The translations under genes were made by a program, and so were the position numbers. The notes beneath the pieces are model-generated. The model was not told where the DNA came from. It made no database searches and saw only the letters and a program-made list of their open reading frames with translations. DNA of 64,000 nucleotides from Candidatus Methanomethylophilaceae archaeon (GTDB taxonomy: Archaea; Thermoplasmatota; Thermoplasmata; Methanomassiliicoccales; Methanomethylophilaceae), in NCBI GenBank assembly GCA_944320495.1, contig CALUHR010000002.1:1-64000 (forward strand). The letters are read 5' to 3'. Each line of letters starts with the position of its first letter. The stretch's first letter is position 1. Positions 37,485 through 46,922 of this stretch are shown piece by piece.

Positions 37485-38789
37485 TCAGACCCTGTCCTCT
37501 GGCAGGATCTTGTACTCGTCGTGGTACTTGGACCTGAACATCTTGGAGATGATCGGCGGCGCGATGAGCGTCGTAATGACGGACATCAGGACGACGACGG
37601 CATAGAGCTCGGAGGACATCGCACCGGAGGACAGACCGATGGATGCGACAATGATACCGACCTCTCCTCTGGGCACCATACCGAATCCGATGATGTTGAG
37701 GGAGTGCCTGTCCAGCGTCTTGTCTCCCATCTTGGAACCGAGGCTGCATCCGATGTACTTGCCGATGACGGCAAGGACGATGACGACGGCCGCGAGAAGA
37801 AGGACGGAACCGTTGGACAGTGTGTTGAGGTCCACCTGCATCCCTACGTTGAGGAAGAAGAAGGACAGCATGAACGTGGTGATCGAGTCGATCTTCTTCT
37901 CCAGGTCCCACTCCCATGCGTGATCAGCGAACATCATGCCTGCGAGGAACGCACCGATGATGGCCGCCAGTCCGATGATCTCGGCGAGAGCGGACATGGC
38001 GAGACAGACGATGATGGCGACGACCAGCATGTTGACCGACATCGGGACCTTACCCTCGGCCATCTTCGCCTTGCGGCGGGCCTCGAAGTAGTCATAGATG
38101 CGCGGGATGACCCACTTGCAGATCGCGATGATGGCGAGCACGAAGATGGCCGCCTGCGCGATGATGAGGATGATACCCCCTATGGAGAGAGAATCGCTCG
38201 TGGCCATTCCCTTGACGATGGCGAGGACGATCATCCCCAGGACATCATCGATGACCGCGGCAGCGATGATGATCCTAGCCTCGCGGGTGTCCATGAGCTT
38301 CATGTCCTTGATGATGCGAGCGGTGATTCCGACCGACGTGGCGACCATCGCTGCACCGAGGAACATGGCGTGGTTCATGTTGCCGTCATAGGCCATGATC
38401 ACGATCACGCCGAAGATGAACGGTACGATGACCCCCAGCAGGGCACAGAGGAAGGCTGGCTTCCCCGATTTCATCAGATCGTTGACGCGCGTCTCCAGCC
38501 CCACAGTGAACAGCAGGAATATCACTCCGATCTCGGCGAGCGCGTAGATCACATGGTAGACGTCGTTCCCATGATCGGTCAGGACTCCCGGCTCGGGCAT
38601 GACACATCCGAGCACGCCTTCGAGCAGGGTGGTGTCACCGATCGGAATGTTCGCTACCGCGATTCCGATGAGAATCTCCCCGATGAGGCCTGGGAGCCCG
38701 AACCTGGACACTATCGCAGAGCCCACGCGGGCGAGTGCGAAGAGGACCACCAGAGTCACGAGAATCTGGGCCAGGTATTCCAATTCCAT
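37485..38789 (-). CDS. Cation:proton antiporter (CPA2/Kef/NapA-like)
   Basis: GEILIG, LAEIGVIFLLFTVGLET, ATSVGIT, AAVIDDVLG, GMVPRGEVG. Confidence 0.93.
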   Translation of the reverse strand: MELEYLAQILVTLVVLFALARVGSAIVSRFGLPGLIGEILIGIAVANIPIGDTTLLEGVLGCVMPEPGVLTDHGNDVYHVIYALAEIGVIFLLFTVGLETRVNDLMKSGKPAFLCALLGVIVPFIFGVIVIMAYDGNMNHAMFLGAAMVATSVGITARIIKDMKLMDTREARIIIAAAVIDDVLGMIVLAIVKGMATSDSLSIGGIILIIAQAAIFVLAIIAICKWVIPRIYDYFEARRKAKMAEGKVPMSVNMLVVAIIVCLAMSALAEIIGLAAIIGAFLAGMMFADHAWEWDLEKKIDSITTFMLSFFFLNVGMQVDLNTLSNGSVLLLAAVVIVLAVIGKYIGCSLGSKMGDKTLDRHSLNIIGFGMVPRGEVGIIVASIGLSSGAMSSELYAVVVLMSVITTLIAPPIISKMFRSKYHDEYKILPEDRV

Positions 38790-38931
38790 GACGACGCGAA
38801 TCGTTCTGGATATATAACAAGGTGCGGAGGTTTTACATAACATTGGATGCACCCGGGGGAACCCCCCGGGTGCCGGGCCTCGGCCCGGGATGTGTGGATG
38901 TTTCCGGAAGTCGTTTGATTGGTGTTTAGCG

Positions 38932-39747
38932 TCAGAAGGAGAACGACACCCTCCATCCGCCCTCGGGGACCCTCTGGGGGCCGAAGGTGAACATCACGAG
39001 CGGCGTGTTCTCGACGGGCTCCGCCTCGGCGTCAGACTGGACGCATTCATCTGTGGCGGCCTCCGGGATCTCCATGTGCTCCGGCAGCGCCTCAGGGATC
39101 TCCGGAGCGGCGAGCATGAGGGCCCTCACGGGAGCGGCGAGCATGGCCATGGACGGCTGAGCGACCTCGTACACCGGCTCCGGCATACTGATGATGCCCA
39201 TGGCGGCGTAGTCGCAGAGGAATCCGCATTCCTCAGGCAGGTCGAAGGCGTCGCTGTCCTCGAACGGGACGTCCCACACGTGCTCCGAGTCGCCGACCAG
39301 GGAACCTATCGAGACCCAGTCGGGCTGCTCCTCGAAACCGCATGTCGTCGCCATCAGGGCTCCGAACGCGTCGCATGCCGCCTCCGGTACCTCGTACGGG
39401 ACCTCGGCCTCCTCGCGGGTGAGCACGTCGGCCCATATCGACTCTGAGCCGTCATCCGGAATCTCCGGATCCTCGCATACCGACTCGGCGGAGAGTTCCG
39501 CCACCAGGGGATCGGCCAGGCACATGAGGTCGAAGACCTCGTCCTTGACGCGCATCCTCGGCGTGTCATCGAATATGAAGGCCTTGACGAAGCGTTTGGC
39601 GCACCCATCGTCCGGCATCCATGGGTCCGGCTCGACCATCGGCTCCAGCTCGTCTATCGCGAGCCTGGGGACGGTCAGCACCATGACGTCGCGGACACGG
39701 TCCGTCACTTTGGCGGACTCCGCGACCTGGGAGCCGAGGCCCTTCAC
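38932..39747 (-). CDS. Acidic hypothetical protein
   Basis: GTG start overlapping the upstream TGA (GTGA); D/E/P-rich; ends WRVSFSF. Confidence 0.7.
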   Translation of the reverse strand: MKGLGSQVAESAKVTDRVRDVMVLTVPRLAIDELEPMVEPDPWMPDDGCAKRFVKAFIFDDTPRMRVKDEVFDLMCLADPLVAELSAESVCEDPEIPDDGSESIWADVLTREEAEVPYEVPEAACDAFGALMATTCGFEEQPDWVSIGSLVGDSEHVWDVPFEDSDAFDLPEECGFLCDYAAMGIISMPEPVYEVAQPSMAMLAAPVRALMLAAPEIPEALPEHMEIPEAATDECVQSDAEAEPVENTPLVMFTFGPQRVPEGGWRVSFSF

Positions 39748-41216
39748 TCCAAAGGGCTCTGGAGCCCCTCCTTGGACTCCTCCTTGTCGACGCTGACCAG
39801 CATTCCGTTGCTGAACTTGAAGCGGGCGGACCTCGTGGACCTGGGGCGGGTGATGACCGGGTCGGCCATGGGGGGCAGAGCCTCTCCCTCGGCATCGATG
39901 GCGCATCCGGGCCTGGTTGCCACGGCGGAACCGGTGGCCGCCATCTGCGGGGCGACCATGGTGGCCTCGATGCTGCTGGCGACGACGTCGGAGGAGGGTT
40001 CGCTGCCCTCGACGTGGAGACCCTCTATTACCTCGGCGGGCTTGGCGGCCTCCGCGGCGACGACCTCGTCGATCACCGCTCCGACCACGGCCTCGTCGAT
40101 GACGGACTCCGCGACCTCCTGCTCGATGACCGCCTCGATGTCGGCCTCGACGACGGGAGCCTCGATCGCGTCTGCGACAGGAACCTCCGCCTGGACCTCC
40201 TCGACGGGGGTCTCGACTGGAGTCTCGTCCACAGCCTCGACGACGGGGGTCTCCTCGACGGGAGCCTCGGCCTGGACCTCGGTCTCGTCATCATCGAAGA
40301 ACCAGTCGTAATCCTCGACCTCGACGTTGCTGTCGCAGTCGAGCGTCTCCGGCTCCTCGGCCTCGGGCTCCGCCTCAATGAAGAACTCCTCGTGGCGCTC
40401 GGTGGCGGGCATGCCCATGAACACATCCTCGTTGAGCACGGGGGCGGGCTCGGCCTGGACCTCCTCGACGGGGACGGGCTCGGCCTGAATCTCCGGGACG
40501 GCCTCCTCAGCAGCGTCAGCGACCTCATGGCGCGGGGCAGAGACGATACGGCTCATCAGGGAGTCGTACGCCTTGGTGGCCTCCTCGGGCTTGGATTCGA
40601 TTATGACGTGGTCATCATCGTCCTCGTCGTCGGCCACCTCGATGGAGGGGGCCGGATGGACGTTGCTGACACGGGTGACCTTATCCAGGAACCCGGGTCT
40701 CGTGACCTCGATGTGCCCGCCGTTGTTGACTCCGACCACTCCGACGTACGTGTTGGACTGCTGGGAGCTGAGCGGGACGTTCTTGAAGAGGCTCCTCGCA
40801 TCCTCGGGAGCCGGCTCGGACTCGGCCTTGGTCTCGCTGTTGGTGGCGAAGGGGTCGGAGGATCCGACGAAATTGCCCTCGGTCGCCCTGACGAGCACAG
40901 GCTCGCCGTCGTTGAACAGGGCCTTGTCGGACATCCTGGAGATGAAGATCTCGCTGTCGTCCTTTATGTTGTATCTCTCGTAGCCGTAGTTGTCGAGCTC
41001 GCGGACTCCCTTGGAGTACACGGACGAATCCCTGTTGGCCATCCTGCCGTGGAGGTTCGTCCCCCTGTCCTTGAAGCTCTCCATGCCGCGGGAGATACTG
41101 TCCCCGAGGTGCGTGAGTCCGTTCTTTATCGTTGATGTCGCATCCGATGCGCTGATCGGAATACGAGCCTTGAAGCTCCTGCGAGAGCTACCGCTGTCTT
41201 GAGTGTTATCACTCAT
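39744..41216 (-). CDS. Large acidic low-complexity protein (about 490 aa)
   Basis: E/D/A/V/P-rich, with (P/E)VEEVQAE-type repeats; native codon usage. Confidence 0.82.
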   Translation of the reverse strand: MSDNTQDSGSSRRSFKARIPISASDATSTIKNGLTHLGDSISRGMESFKDRGTNLHGRMANRDSSVYSKGVRELDNYGYERYNIKDDSEIFISRMSDKALFNDGEPVLVRATEGNFVGSSDPFATNSETKAESEPAPEDARSLFKNVPLSSQQSNTYVGVVGVNNGGHIEVTRPGFLDKVTRVSNVHPAPSIEVADDEDDDDHVIIESKPEEATKAYDSLMSRIVSAPRHEVADAAEEAVPEIQAEPVPVEEVQAEPAPVLNEDVFMGMPATERHEEFFIEAEPEAEEPETLDCDSNVEVEDYDWFFDDDETEVQAEAPVEETPVVEAVDETPVETPVEEVQAEVPVADAIEAPVVEADIEAVIEQEVAESVIDEAVVGAVIDEVVAAEAAKPAEVIEGLHVEGSEPSSDVVASSIEATMVAPQMAATGSAVATRPGCAIDAEGEALPPMADPVITRPRSTRSARFKFSNGMLVSVDKEESKEGLQSPLE

Positions 41217-41297
41217 ATCCACATCCCATCCGTCTTTCGTGTATGTGGTATCACTATAAAAAAAAGATGGAAGCTTAAAAAAGACGGGCGGGAATCG

Positions 41298-41681
41298 TCA
41301 TCCGCGGACGAATTTCACGTAGTCCGCCTTGCCCTCCGACTGAATGTCGCGAAGCATCCTCGACAGGGTCTCGCCGTCGCAGGAGACGACCATGACCTCG
41401 AGGCACTTGTGGTTCCTGAGGTGGGAATGGAGCTGGGTCTTGATCGTCCTCTCGTACCTCCCCTGTATGCACATCATCCACGGGTCCTCGTGGTTCCCGC
41501 GCACGATTATCAGGACTCCCTCGACGTCGCCCTCCATCGCCTCCATCTCACGGATGTCGGCGAGTGCGGCGTTTATGGAGGCGCGTACCGCCTCGGACCT
41601 CCCACTGAGGCCATAGGTCTCTTGAATCCTGTCCAGTGCCGCGAGGTTCTCGTCGTTCAGAGAGACGCTGACTATCCCCAT
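41298..41681 (-). CDS. nikR: NikR/CopG-family ribbon-helix-helix metal regulator
   Basis: VSVSL...GRSEAVRASI; QLHSHL...CLEVMVV. Confidence 0.9.
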   Translation of the reverse strand: MGIVSVSLNDENLAALDRIQETYGLSGRSEAVRASINAALADIREMEAMEGDVEGVLIIVRGNHEDPWMMCIQGRYERTIKTQLHSHLRNHKCLEVMVVSCDGETLSRMLRDIQSEGKADYVKFVRG

Positions 41682-41724
41682 GATGCCACCTTAATAACTC
41701 TGCATGCTGATAGAGGTGGCATAT

Positions 41725-41751
41725 TATTAACATTCTCAAAACACTTTAATA
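41725..41751. promoter_or_regulatory. Inverted repeat TATTAA-N15-TTAATA between divergent nikR-like and ZIP genes
   Basis: Perfect 6-bp arms; the spacing resembles NikR-type sites. Confidence 0.5.
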
Positions 41752-41773
41752 TTAACATGCCCAACACTCAGAC

Positions 41774-42568
41774 ATGGACACCGTCATCCTGTTCCTGGCC
41801 TATTCGATCGGTATCCTGGCGCTATCAATGATCGGAGCCTTCCTGCCCCGCATCAGGATGCTGTCGGACCGTCAGATCCACCTGCTGGTGGCGCTCAGCG
41901 CCGGCATATTCGTGGGTCTGTTGTTCCTCCTCCTGCTCCCAGAGGCCTTCGACGCCAACATCCACGCCTACGACGGCCACGAGGGGATCAACTATGCGCT
42001 CTACGCCATCCTGGCGGGATTCCTCCTGATCATGGCGGTCGAGATCTACCTGAAGCACCGCCACATGTCCGGATGCTCCTGCGAATGCGGATCCGACTCC
42101 CACAGCCACAAGCTCACGTCGATGTCCTCCTTCATCGGACTGTCCATCCACGCCGCCTGCGACGGTCTCGCACTTGCCGCCACCTTCCTGGCCGGGGGCG
42201 AGATAGCCGCCATCACCACGGTGGGTATGTGCGTTCACAAGTTCGTCGTCCTGTTCTCGCTATCGTCGATGCTCCTGGTATCGGACATCCCGAAGAGGAA
42301 GAGCATGTTTTACCTGCTGGGATTCGGCCTCATCACCCCCGTGGCGGGTCTCGTGTTCTTCGCCGTGCTCAGCGGGCTCTCTGACATCAGCGGCCTCACT
42401 GGGATCCCCTTGGCGTTCGCCGCGGGTACGTTCATGTACGTCGCGCTGTGCGACATCCTCCCGGAGGCGTTCCACCGCAAGAAGCAGGACCTCCAGTCCT
42501 TCGGACTCGTGATCCTGGGAATCGCGATCGTCCTAGCCATCACAATCATCTTCCCGCACACCCATTGA
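41774..42568 (+). CDS. ZIP-family divalent metal transporter
   Basis: His-rich loop (HRHMSGCSCECGSDSHSH), SIHAACDGLAL, CVHKF, GTFMYVALCDILPEAFH. Confidence 0.93.
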   Translation: MDTVILFLAYSIGILALSMIGAFLPRIRMLSDRQIHLLVALSAGIFVGLLFLLLLPEAFDANIHAYDGHEGINYALYAILAGFLLIMAVEIYLKHRHMSGCSCECGSDSHSHKLTSMSSFIGLSIHAACDGLALAATFLAGGEIAAITTVGMCVHKFVVLFSLSSMLLVSDIPKRKSMFYLLGFGLITPVAGLVFFAVLSGLSDISGLTGIPLAFAAGTFMYVALCDILPEAFHRKKQDLQSFGLVILGIAIVLAITIIFPHTH

Positions 42569-42646
42569 GTGCGCTCAAAACGGGGTTCGGCCCTCACGCA
42601 GGGCTTCCCCGCAACCCTTAAGGTATGACGGACATGGGGAATCCAC

Positions 42647-43582
42647 ATGCTGGTAGAATCGGACCTGTGGTACGTCTTCATCGCCATCATCATCGTGCTC
42701 CTGGCAGCCGATCTGTGGATCAACAGGAAGCCGCACCACATCCCCCTGAAAAGCGCTCTGGCCCAGACGTGCGTCTGGGTGGGTGTCGCCCTCGCCTTCG
42801 GCGTCCTGCTGTTCATCGTGACGAAGGACGCCGAAAAGACGATGGAGTACTACACCGCGTACGCCATCGAGGAGGCGATGAGCATGGACAACCTGTTCGT
42901 GTTCATCATCCTGTTCGCATACTTCGGAATCAAGGACGAGGATCAGCACCATGCGCTGTTCTACGGCGTCATCGGTGCCATCGTGTTCCGTGCGATCTTC
43001 ATCTTCGTCGGTGTGGAGCTCATCGAGAGGTTCGAGCCGATCCTCTATGTGTTCGGAGTGATCCTGCTGATAATAGCGCTGAAGACGCTGTTCAGCAAGG
43101 ACGACGACAACAAGGAGAACAAGATCGCGAAGTACATGAAGAACCGCTTCAACTACGTCGACGGCGACGAGACCCGCGGAAAGATGTTCGTGAAGGTCAA
43201 CGGCAAGCGCGTCATCACGATTCTGTTCCTGTGCGTCATCGTCATCGAGCTGACCGACATCGTGTTCGCCCTGGACTCCATCCCGGCGGTCCTGGCGATC
43301 TCCACCGACACACTGGTCATCTACACCTCGAACATCTTCGCGGTCATGGGCCTCAGGTCCCTGTTCTTCGTCATCCACGGAGGCATGGAGTCCATCAGGT
43401 ACCTCAAGTACGGTCTCGGGGTCATCCTGCTGTTCGTGTCCATGAAGCTGCTGTTCCTGCACGACTTCCCCGTCGTCTGGTCCCTGGTCATCATCATCGG
43501 AGTGCTCCTGATCACCATCGTGGCATCCCTGCTCAAGAACAGGTCCGAGAGGGCGAAGGCCGGAAAGGCGCAAAACCCCTGA
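42647..43582 (+). CDS. TerC/Alx-family membrane protein
   Basis: IEEAMSMDNLFVF, LFYGVIGAIVFR, IELTDIVFALDSIPA, SNIFAVMGLRSLFF. Confidence 0.95.
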   Translation: MLVESDLWYVFIAIIIVLLAADLWINRKPHHIPLKSALAQTCVWVGVALAFGVLLFIVTKDAEKTMEYYTAYAIEEAMSMDNLFVFIILFAYFGIKDEDQHHALFYGVIGAIVFRAIFIFVGVELIERFEPILYVFGVILLIIALKTLFSKDDDNKENKIAKYMKNRFNYVDGDETRGKMFVKVNGKRVITILFLCVIVIELTDIVFALDSIPAVLAISTDTLVIYTSNIFAVMGLRSLFFVIHGGMESIRYLKYGLGVILLFVSMKLLFLHDFPVVWSLVIIIGVLLITIVASLLKNRSERAKAGKAQNP

Positions 43583-43663
43583 AACTCCAGGACGGGGGCC
43601 TCCCCGTCCATCCTTCCTTCCCCCTACTCACATTCATTATGTCCAACCCGTTACGGGTTAGGT

Positions 43664-43936
43664 ATGAAGCAATGCATGGACGCGGACAATCTGCACCGTC
43701 GCCTCAAGAAGATCCAGGGGCAGATCGCCGCGATAGACCGGATGATCGACGAGGACGTCCCGTGCGAGGACATCATCGTGCAGGTCAACGCCGTGAAGAG
43801 CGCGGTCCATAAGGTCGGCCAGATCATCATGGAAGGACACATCCAGCACTGCGTCAGGGACGGTATCGAACACGGCGACGCCGACAAGACCATCGCCGAG
43901 TTCACCAAGGTCATCGAGCAGTTCTCTAAGATCTGA
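43664..43936 (+). CDS. csoR: CsoR/RcnR-family metal-sensing repressor
   Basis: RRLKKIQGQI...CEDIIVQVNAV...HIQHCV. Confidence 0.95.
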   Translation: MKQCMDADNLHRRLKKIQGQIAAIDRMIDEDVPCEDIIVQVNAVKSAVHKVGQIIMEGHIQHCVRDGIEHGDADKTIAEFTKVIEQFSKI

Positions 43937-43946
43937 CAACCTCTTG

Positions 43947-43990
43947 ATACCCCCTACGGGTATTAATACCACTACCCCGTAGGGGTATCA
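43947..43990. promoter_or_regulatory. Two tandem CsoR-type operators flanking a TATA-like TATTAAT
   Basis: ATACCC-CCTAC-GGGTAT (43947-43963) and TACCCC-GTA-GGGGTA (43973-43987), between csoR and the P1B-ATPase. Confidence 0.85.
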
Positions 43991-43994
43991 GAAG

Positions 43995-45896
43995 GTGATT
44001 AGCGTGTCCTTGGTCAAGGACGCCATATCCGAACAGAAGATACCGTTCGCCTGCATCGTCATAGGCATCGCCGCCCTGCTCGCTTCGTTCCTGGCCGAGT
44101 GGGCGTGGCCAATAGTTTTCGTACCGATTCTGATCTGCGGCGTCCCGATAGTCTGGGGCGCCATCATCGGCGTGGTGAAGGAGCACGACATCACCGCCGA
44201 CGTGCTCGTCTCCGTCGCCATCGTGGCTTCCGTCCTCATCGGAGAGTACGACGCCGCTGCCGAGATAGCCATCATCATGCAGATCGGAGGATTCCTCGAG
44301 GAGGCCACCGTCAACCATGCCAACGCCAGCATCATGAGGCTCGTGGGCATGAGGCCGGCGACCGCCAGGGTCGTCAGGGGCGGACAGGAATCCACAGTCC
44401 CGGTGGAGGACGTCGTCCTCGGGGACACCGTGCGTGTGATACCGGGCGAGATCGTCCCCGTCGACGGCGTCGTCCTCAGCGGGACCACCTCGGTAAACAA
44501 CTCCATCCTGACCGGCGAATCGGTCCCCCGCGACGTCGCCCCCGGGGACCGCGTCTCCTCCGGGACGGTGAACATGTTCGGTTCCGTGGACATCTCGGTG
44601 GACCGCGTGGGCGACGACACCACCATAGCCAGGATGACTAGGATCATCGAGAACGCGGACGCCGGCAAGTCCAGGGTCGTCCGCACTGCTGACAGATGGG
44701 CCGTCTACATCGTCATCATCGCGTTCACCGTGGCTATCCTCTCGTATCTCGCCTTCCAGGACGTATACAGGTCCGTGACCGTTCTGGTCGTGTTCTGCCC
44801 CTGCGCGCTAATACTGGCCACCCCCACCGCGATCATGGCCGCTGCGGGCAACATGTCGAAGAGGGGCATCCTCGTGAAGGACGGTGGCGCCGTCGAGCGC
44901 ATGGCGTCGGTGGACACCATCCTGATGGACAAGACCGGCACCCTCACCACGGGGGAGATCGTCTGCCACGGCTTCACCAGCACCGATACCGCTACCGATG
45001 CGGAGATCATCGAGCGCTTCGTCTCGGCGGTGGAGTCGCGCTCCGAGCACCCGCTCGGCAGGGCGATCGCATCCGCCCATAGGGGCGAGATGGAACCTGC
45101 GGAGGACTTCGCCTACATGCCCGGACGCGGGGTCTCCGGGACCGTCCGCGGCTTACGCGTCACAGCCGGCAACGAAGGTCTCATGACGGAGCTCTGCCCC
45201 GAAAACTTGGACGCAACGCTGGAATCCGCGGCCAAGGTCAGGGACGAAGGATACACCGTCGTGTTCTCCGGCATCGACGGGAGGACCGTCGGTTTCGCCG
45301 TGCTCTCGGACACGCTGAAGCGCGATTCCGCGGAGACGGTCTCCGAGCTCAGGGGCCTGGGCATCAGGACCGTCATGCTGACAGGGGACGACCGCCATGT
45401 CGCCAGGAGGATAGCCGATTCCCTCGGGATGGACGATGTGATCTGGGAATGCCTCCCGGAGGACAAGCTGCGGACCGTCGTCTCGATGGAGGGGGAGAGG
45501 ACCACCTGCATGGTCGGCGACGGGATCAACGACGCCCCCGCGCTCAAGCGTGCCGACGTGGGCATCGCCATGGGCGGCATAGGGAACGAGATGGCCACCG
45601 AGAACGCGGACATAGTGTTCGTCGACGACGACGTCTCCAAAATCGGAGGTGTGGTCAGGCTGAGCCGCAGGACGCTGTTCACGATCAAGGCGGGAATAAC
45701 GTTCTCGATCGTCCTCAACTCCGTGGCCATGGTCATGGCCGTGTTCGGGCTCATGGGTCCCATCGCCGGTGCGCTGGTCCACAACATCGGATCGGTCATC
45801 GTCATCATCATGGCCGCCCTGCTGCTCAGATACGAATGCTGGCCGTCCCCCGGTAGAGACCGCACGGGCCCCGGGAGAACCACGGCCTCGGTCTGA
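43995..45896 (+). CDS. Heavy-metal-translocating P1B-type ATPase
   Basis: LTGESVP, FCPCALILATP, DKTGTLT, SEHPLG, MVGDGINDAPAL. Confidence 0.96.
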   Translation: MISVSLVKDAISEQKIPFACIVIGIAALLASFLAEWAWPIVFVPILICGVPIVWGAIIGVVKEHDITADVLVSVAIVASVLIGEYDAAAEIAIIMQIGGFLEEATVNHANASIMRLVGMRPATARVVRGGQESTVPVEDVVLGDTVRVIPGEIVPVDGVVLSGTTSVNNSILTGESVPRDVAPGDRVSSGTVNMFGSVDISVDRVGDDTTIARMTRIIENADAGKSRVVRTADRWAVYIVIIAFTVAILSYLAFQDVYRSVTVLVVFCPCALILATPTAIMAAAGNMSKRGILVKDGGAVERMASVDTILMDKTGTLTTGEIVCHGFTSTDTATDAEIIERFVSAVESRSEHPLGRAIASAHRGEMEPAEDFAYMPGRGVSGTVRGLRVTAGNEGLMTELCPENLDATLESAAKVRDEGYTVVFSGIDGRTVGFAVLSDTLKRDSAETVSELRGLGIRTVMLTGDDRHVARRIADSLGMDDVIWECLPEDKLRTVVSMEGERTTCMVGDGINDAPALKRADVGIAMGGIGNEMATENADIVFVDDDVSKIGGVVRLSRRTLFTIKAGITFSIVLNSVAMVMAVFGLMGPIAGALVHNIGSVIVIIMAALLLRYECWPSPGRDRTGPGRTTASV

Positions 45897-45977
45897 GAAC
45901 AAAGCCGTTCGACGAAAGACGTATTTATCATTCGTCGAACGGCGTACACTTTTATATGATACCTGCATCAGCCACTC

Positions 45978-46535
45978 ATGGCCGACGAGACCGTATCGAC
46001 CAAGAAGGCCAACCCGGCGCCCCTGGGGCTCATCGGGTTCGGCATGACCACCGTGCTCCTCTCGCTCCACAACGCCGGAGCCCTCCCGCTCGACGGGGTG
46101 GTGCTCGCCATGGGCGTGTTCGTCGGAGGACTGGCGCAGGTGCTCGCCGGAATCATGGAATTCAAGAACGGCAACACGTTCGGAACCGTCGCTTTCACCC
46201 TATATGGGATGTTCTGGCTCACATTCGTTGCCACCCACTCCGGCATCGATGGGATGTCCGGTAACGGCGACACCCTCGGGGCCTGGCTCCTCCTGTGGGG
46301 ACTCCTGACCCTGTTCCTCTTCGTTGGGACCCTCAGGGGCAGGAAGTCGAACATGTTCGTGTTCGCCACCCTGACGATAACGTTCTTCCTGCTCGGGATA
46401 GGCAACGCCGGGAGCATCGACATGCTCGTCACCGCCGGCGGCGTCGTCGGGGTAATCTGCGGATTCTCCGCCCTGTACACCGCGTTCGCGGAGGTCCTGG
46501 CGGAGCAACTGGAGAGGGAGGTCCTCCCCTTCTGA
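45978..46535 (+). CDS. Acetate uptake transporter, SatP/GPR1/FUN34 family
   Basis: ANPAPLGLIGFGMTT, GGLAQVLAGIMEF..GNTFG...YGMFW. Confidence 0.95.
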   Translation: MADETVSTKKANPAPLGLIGFGMTTVLLSLHNAGALPLDGVVLAMGVFVGGLAQVLAGIMEFKNGNTFGTVAFTLYGMFWLTFVATHSGIDGMSGNGDTLGAWLLLWGLLTLFLFVGTLRGRKSNMFVFATLTITFFLLGIGNAGSIDMLVTAGGVVGVICGFSALYTAFAEVLAEQLEREVLPF

Positions 46536-46538
46536 GGG

Positions 46539-46880
46539 TCATCCCTCCAGGAGCTGGACGCAGTAGCCGTCCGGGTCCCTGACGAAGTAGAACGTCACCC
46601 CGGGGGACGGGGATATCGGTCCCCTGAACCCGGGATCCAAACGTGCGGCGAGTTCGCCCGCCCCCTTCACATAGAACCCGATGGAGATGCAGGGGTAATC
46701 GACACCACCGTCCCCGTCGCCGATTATCTCGAGATGCATTCCGTCCCTCTCCCCGAGCATCGCTATCCTGCGCCCGGGCCCTGCCTCGAAGACCGAGGCC
46801 ACCGGGAGCCCGATCCCCTCGGTGTAGAACGTGAGGCTCTTATCGAAATCCGATACATGGATCGTCGTGTGGGCGAACAT
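46539..46880 (-). CDS. VOC/glyoxalase-family protein (separate gene hidden in the 413-aa track ORF)
   Basis: MFAHTTIHVSDFDKSLTFY...HLEII...FYFVRDPDGYCVQLLE; own RBS GGAGGT directly before ATG 46880. Confidence 0.88.
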   Translation of the reverse strand: MFAHTTIHVSDFDKSLTFYTEGIGLPVASVFEAGPGRRIAMLGERDGMHLEIIGDGDGGVDYPCISIGFYVKGAGELAARLDPGFRGPISPSPGVTFYFVRDPDGYCVQLLEG

Positions 46881-46922
46881 GACCTCCAAATCGGCATCAT
46901 CGGCTTGACAGTTGCGACTGCA

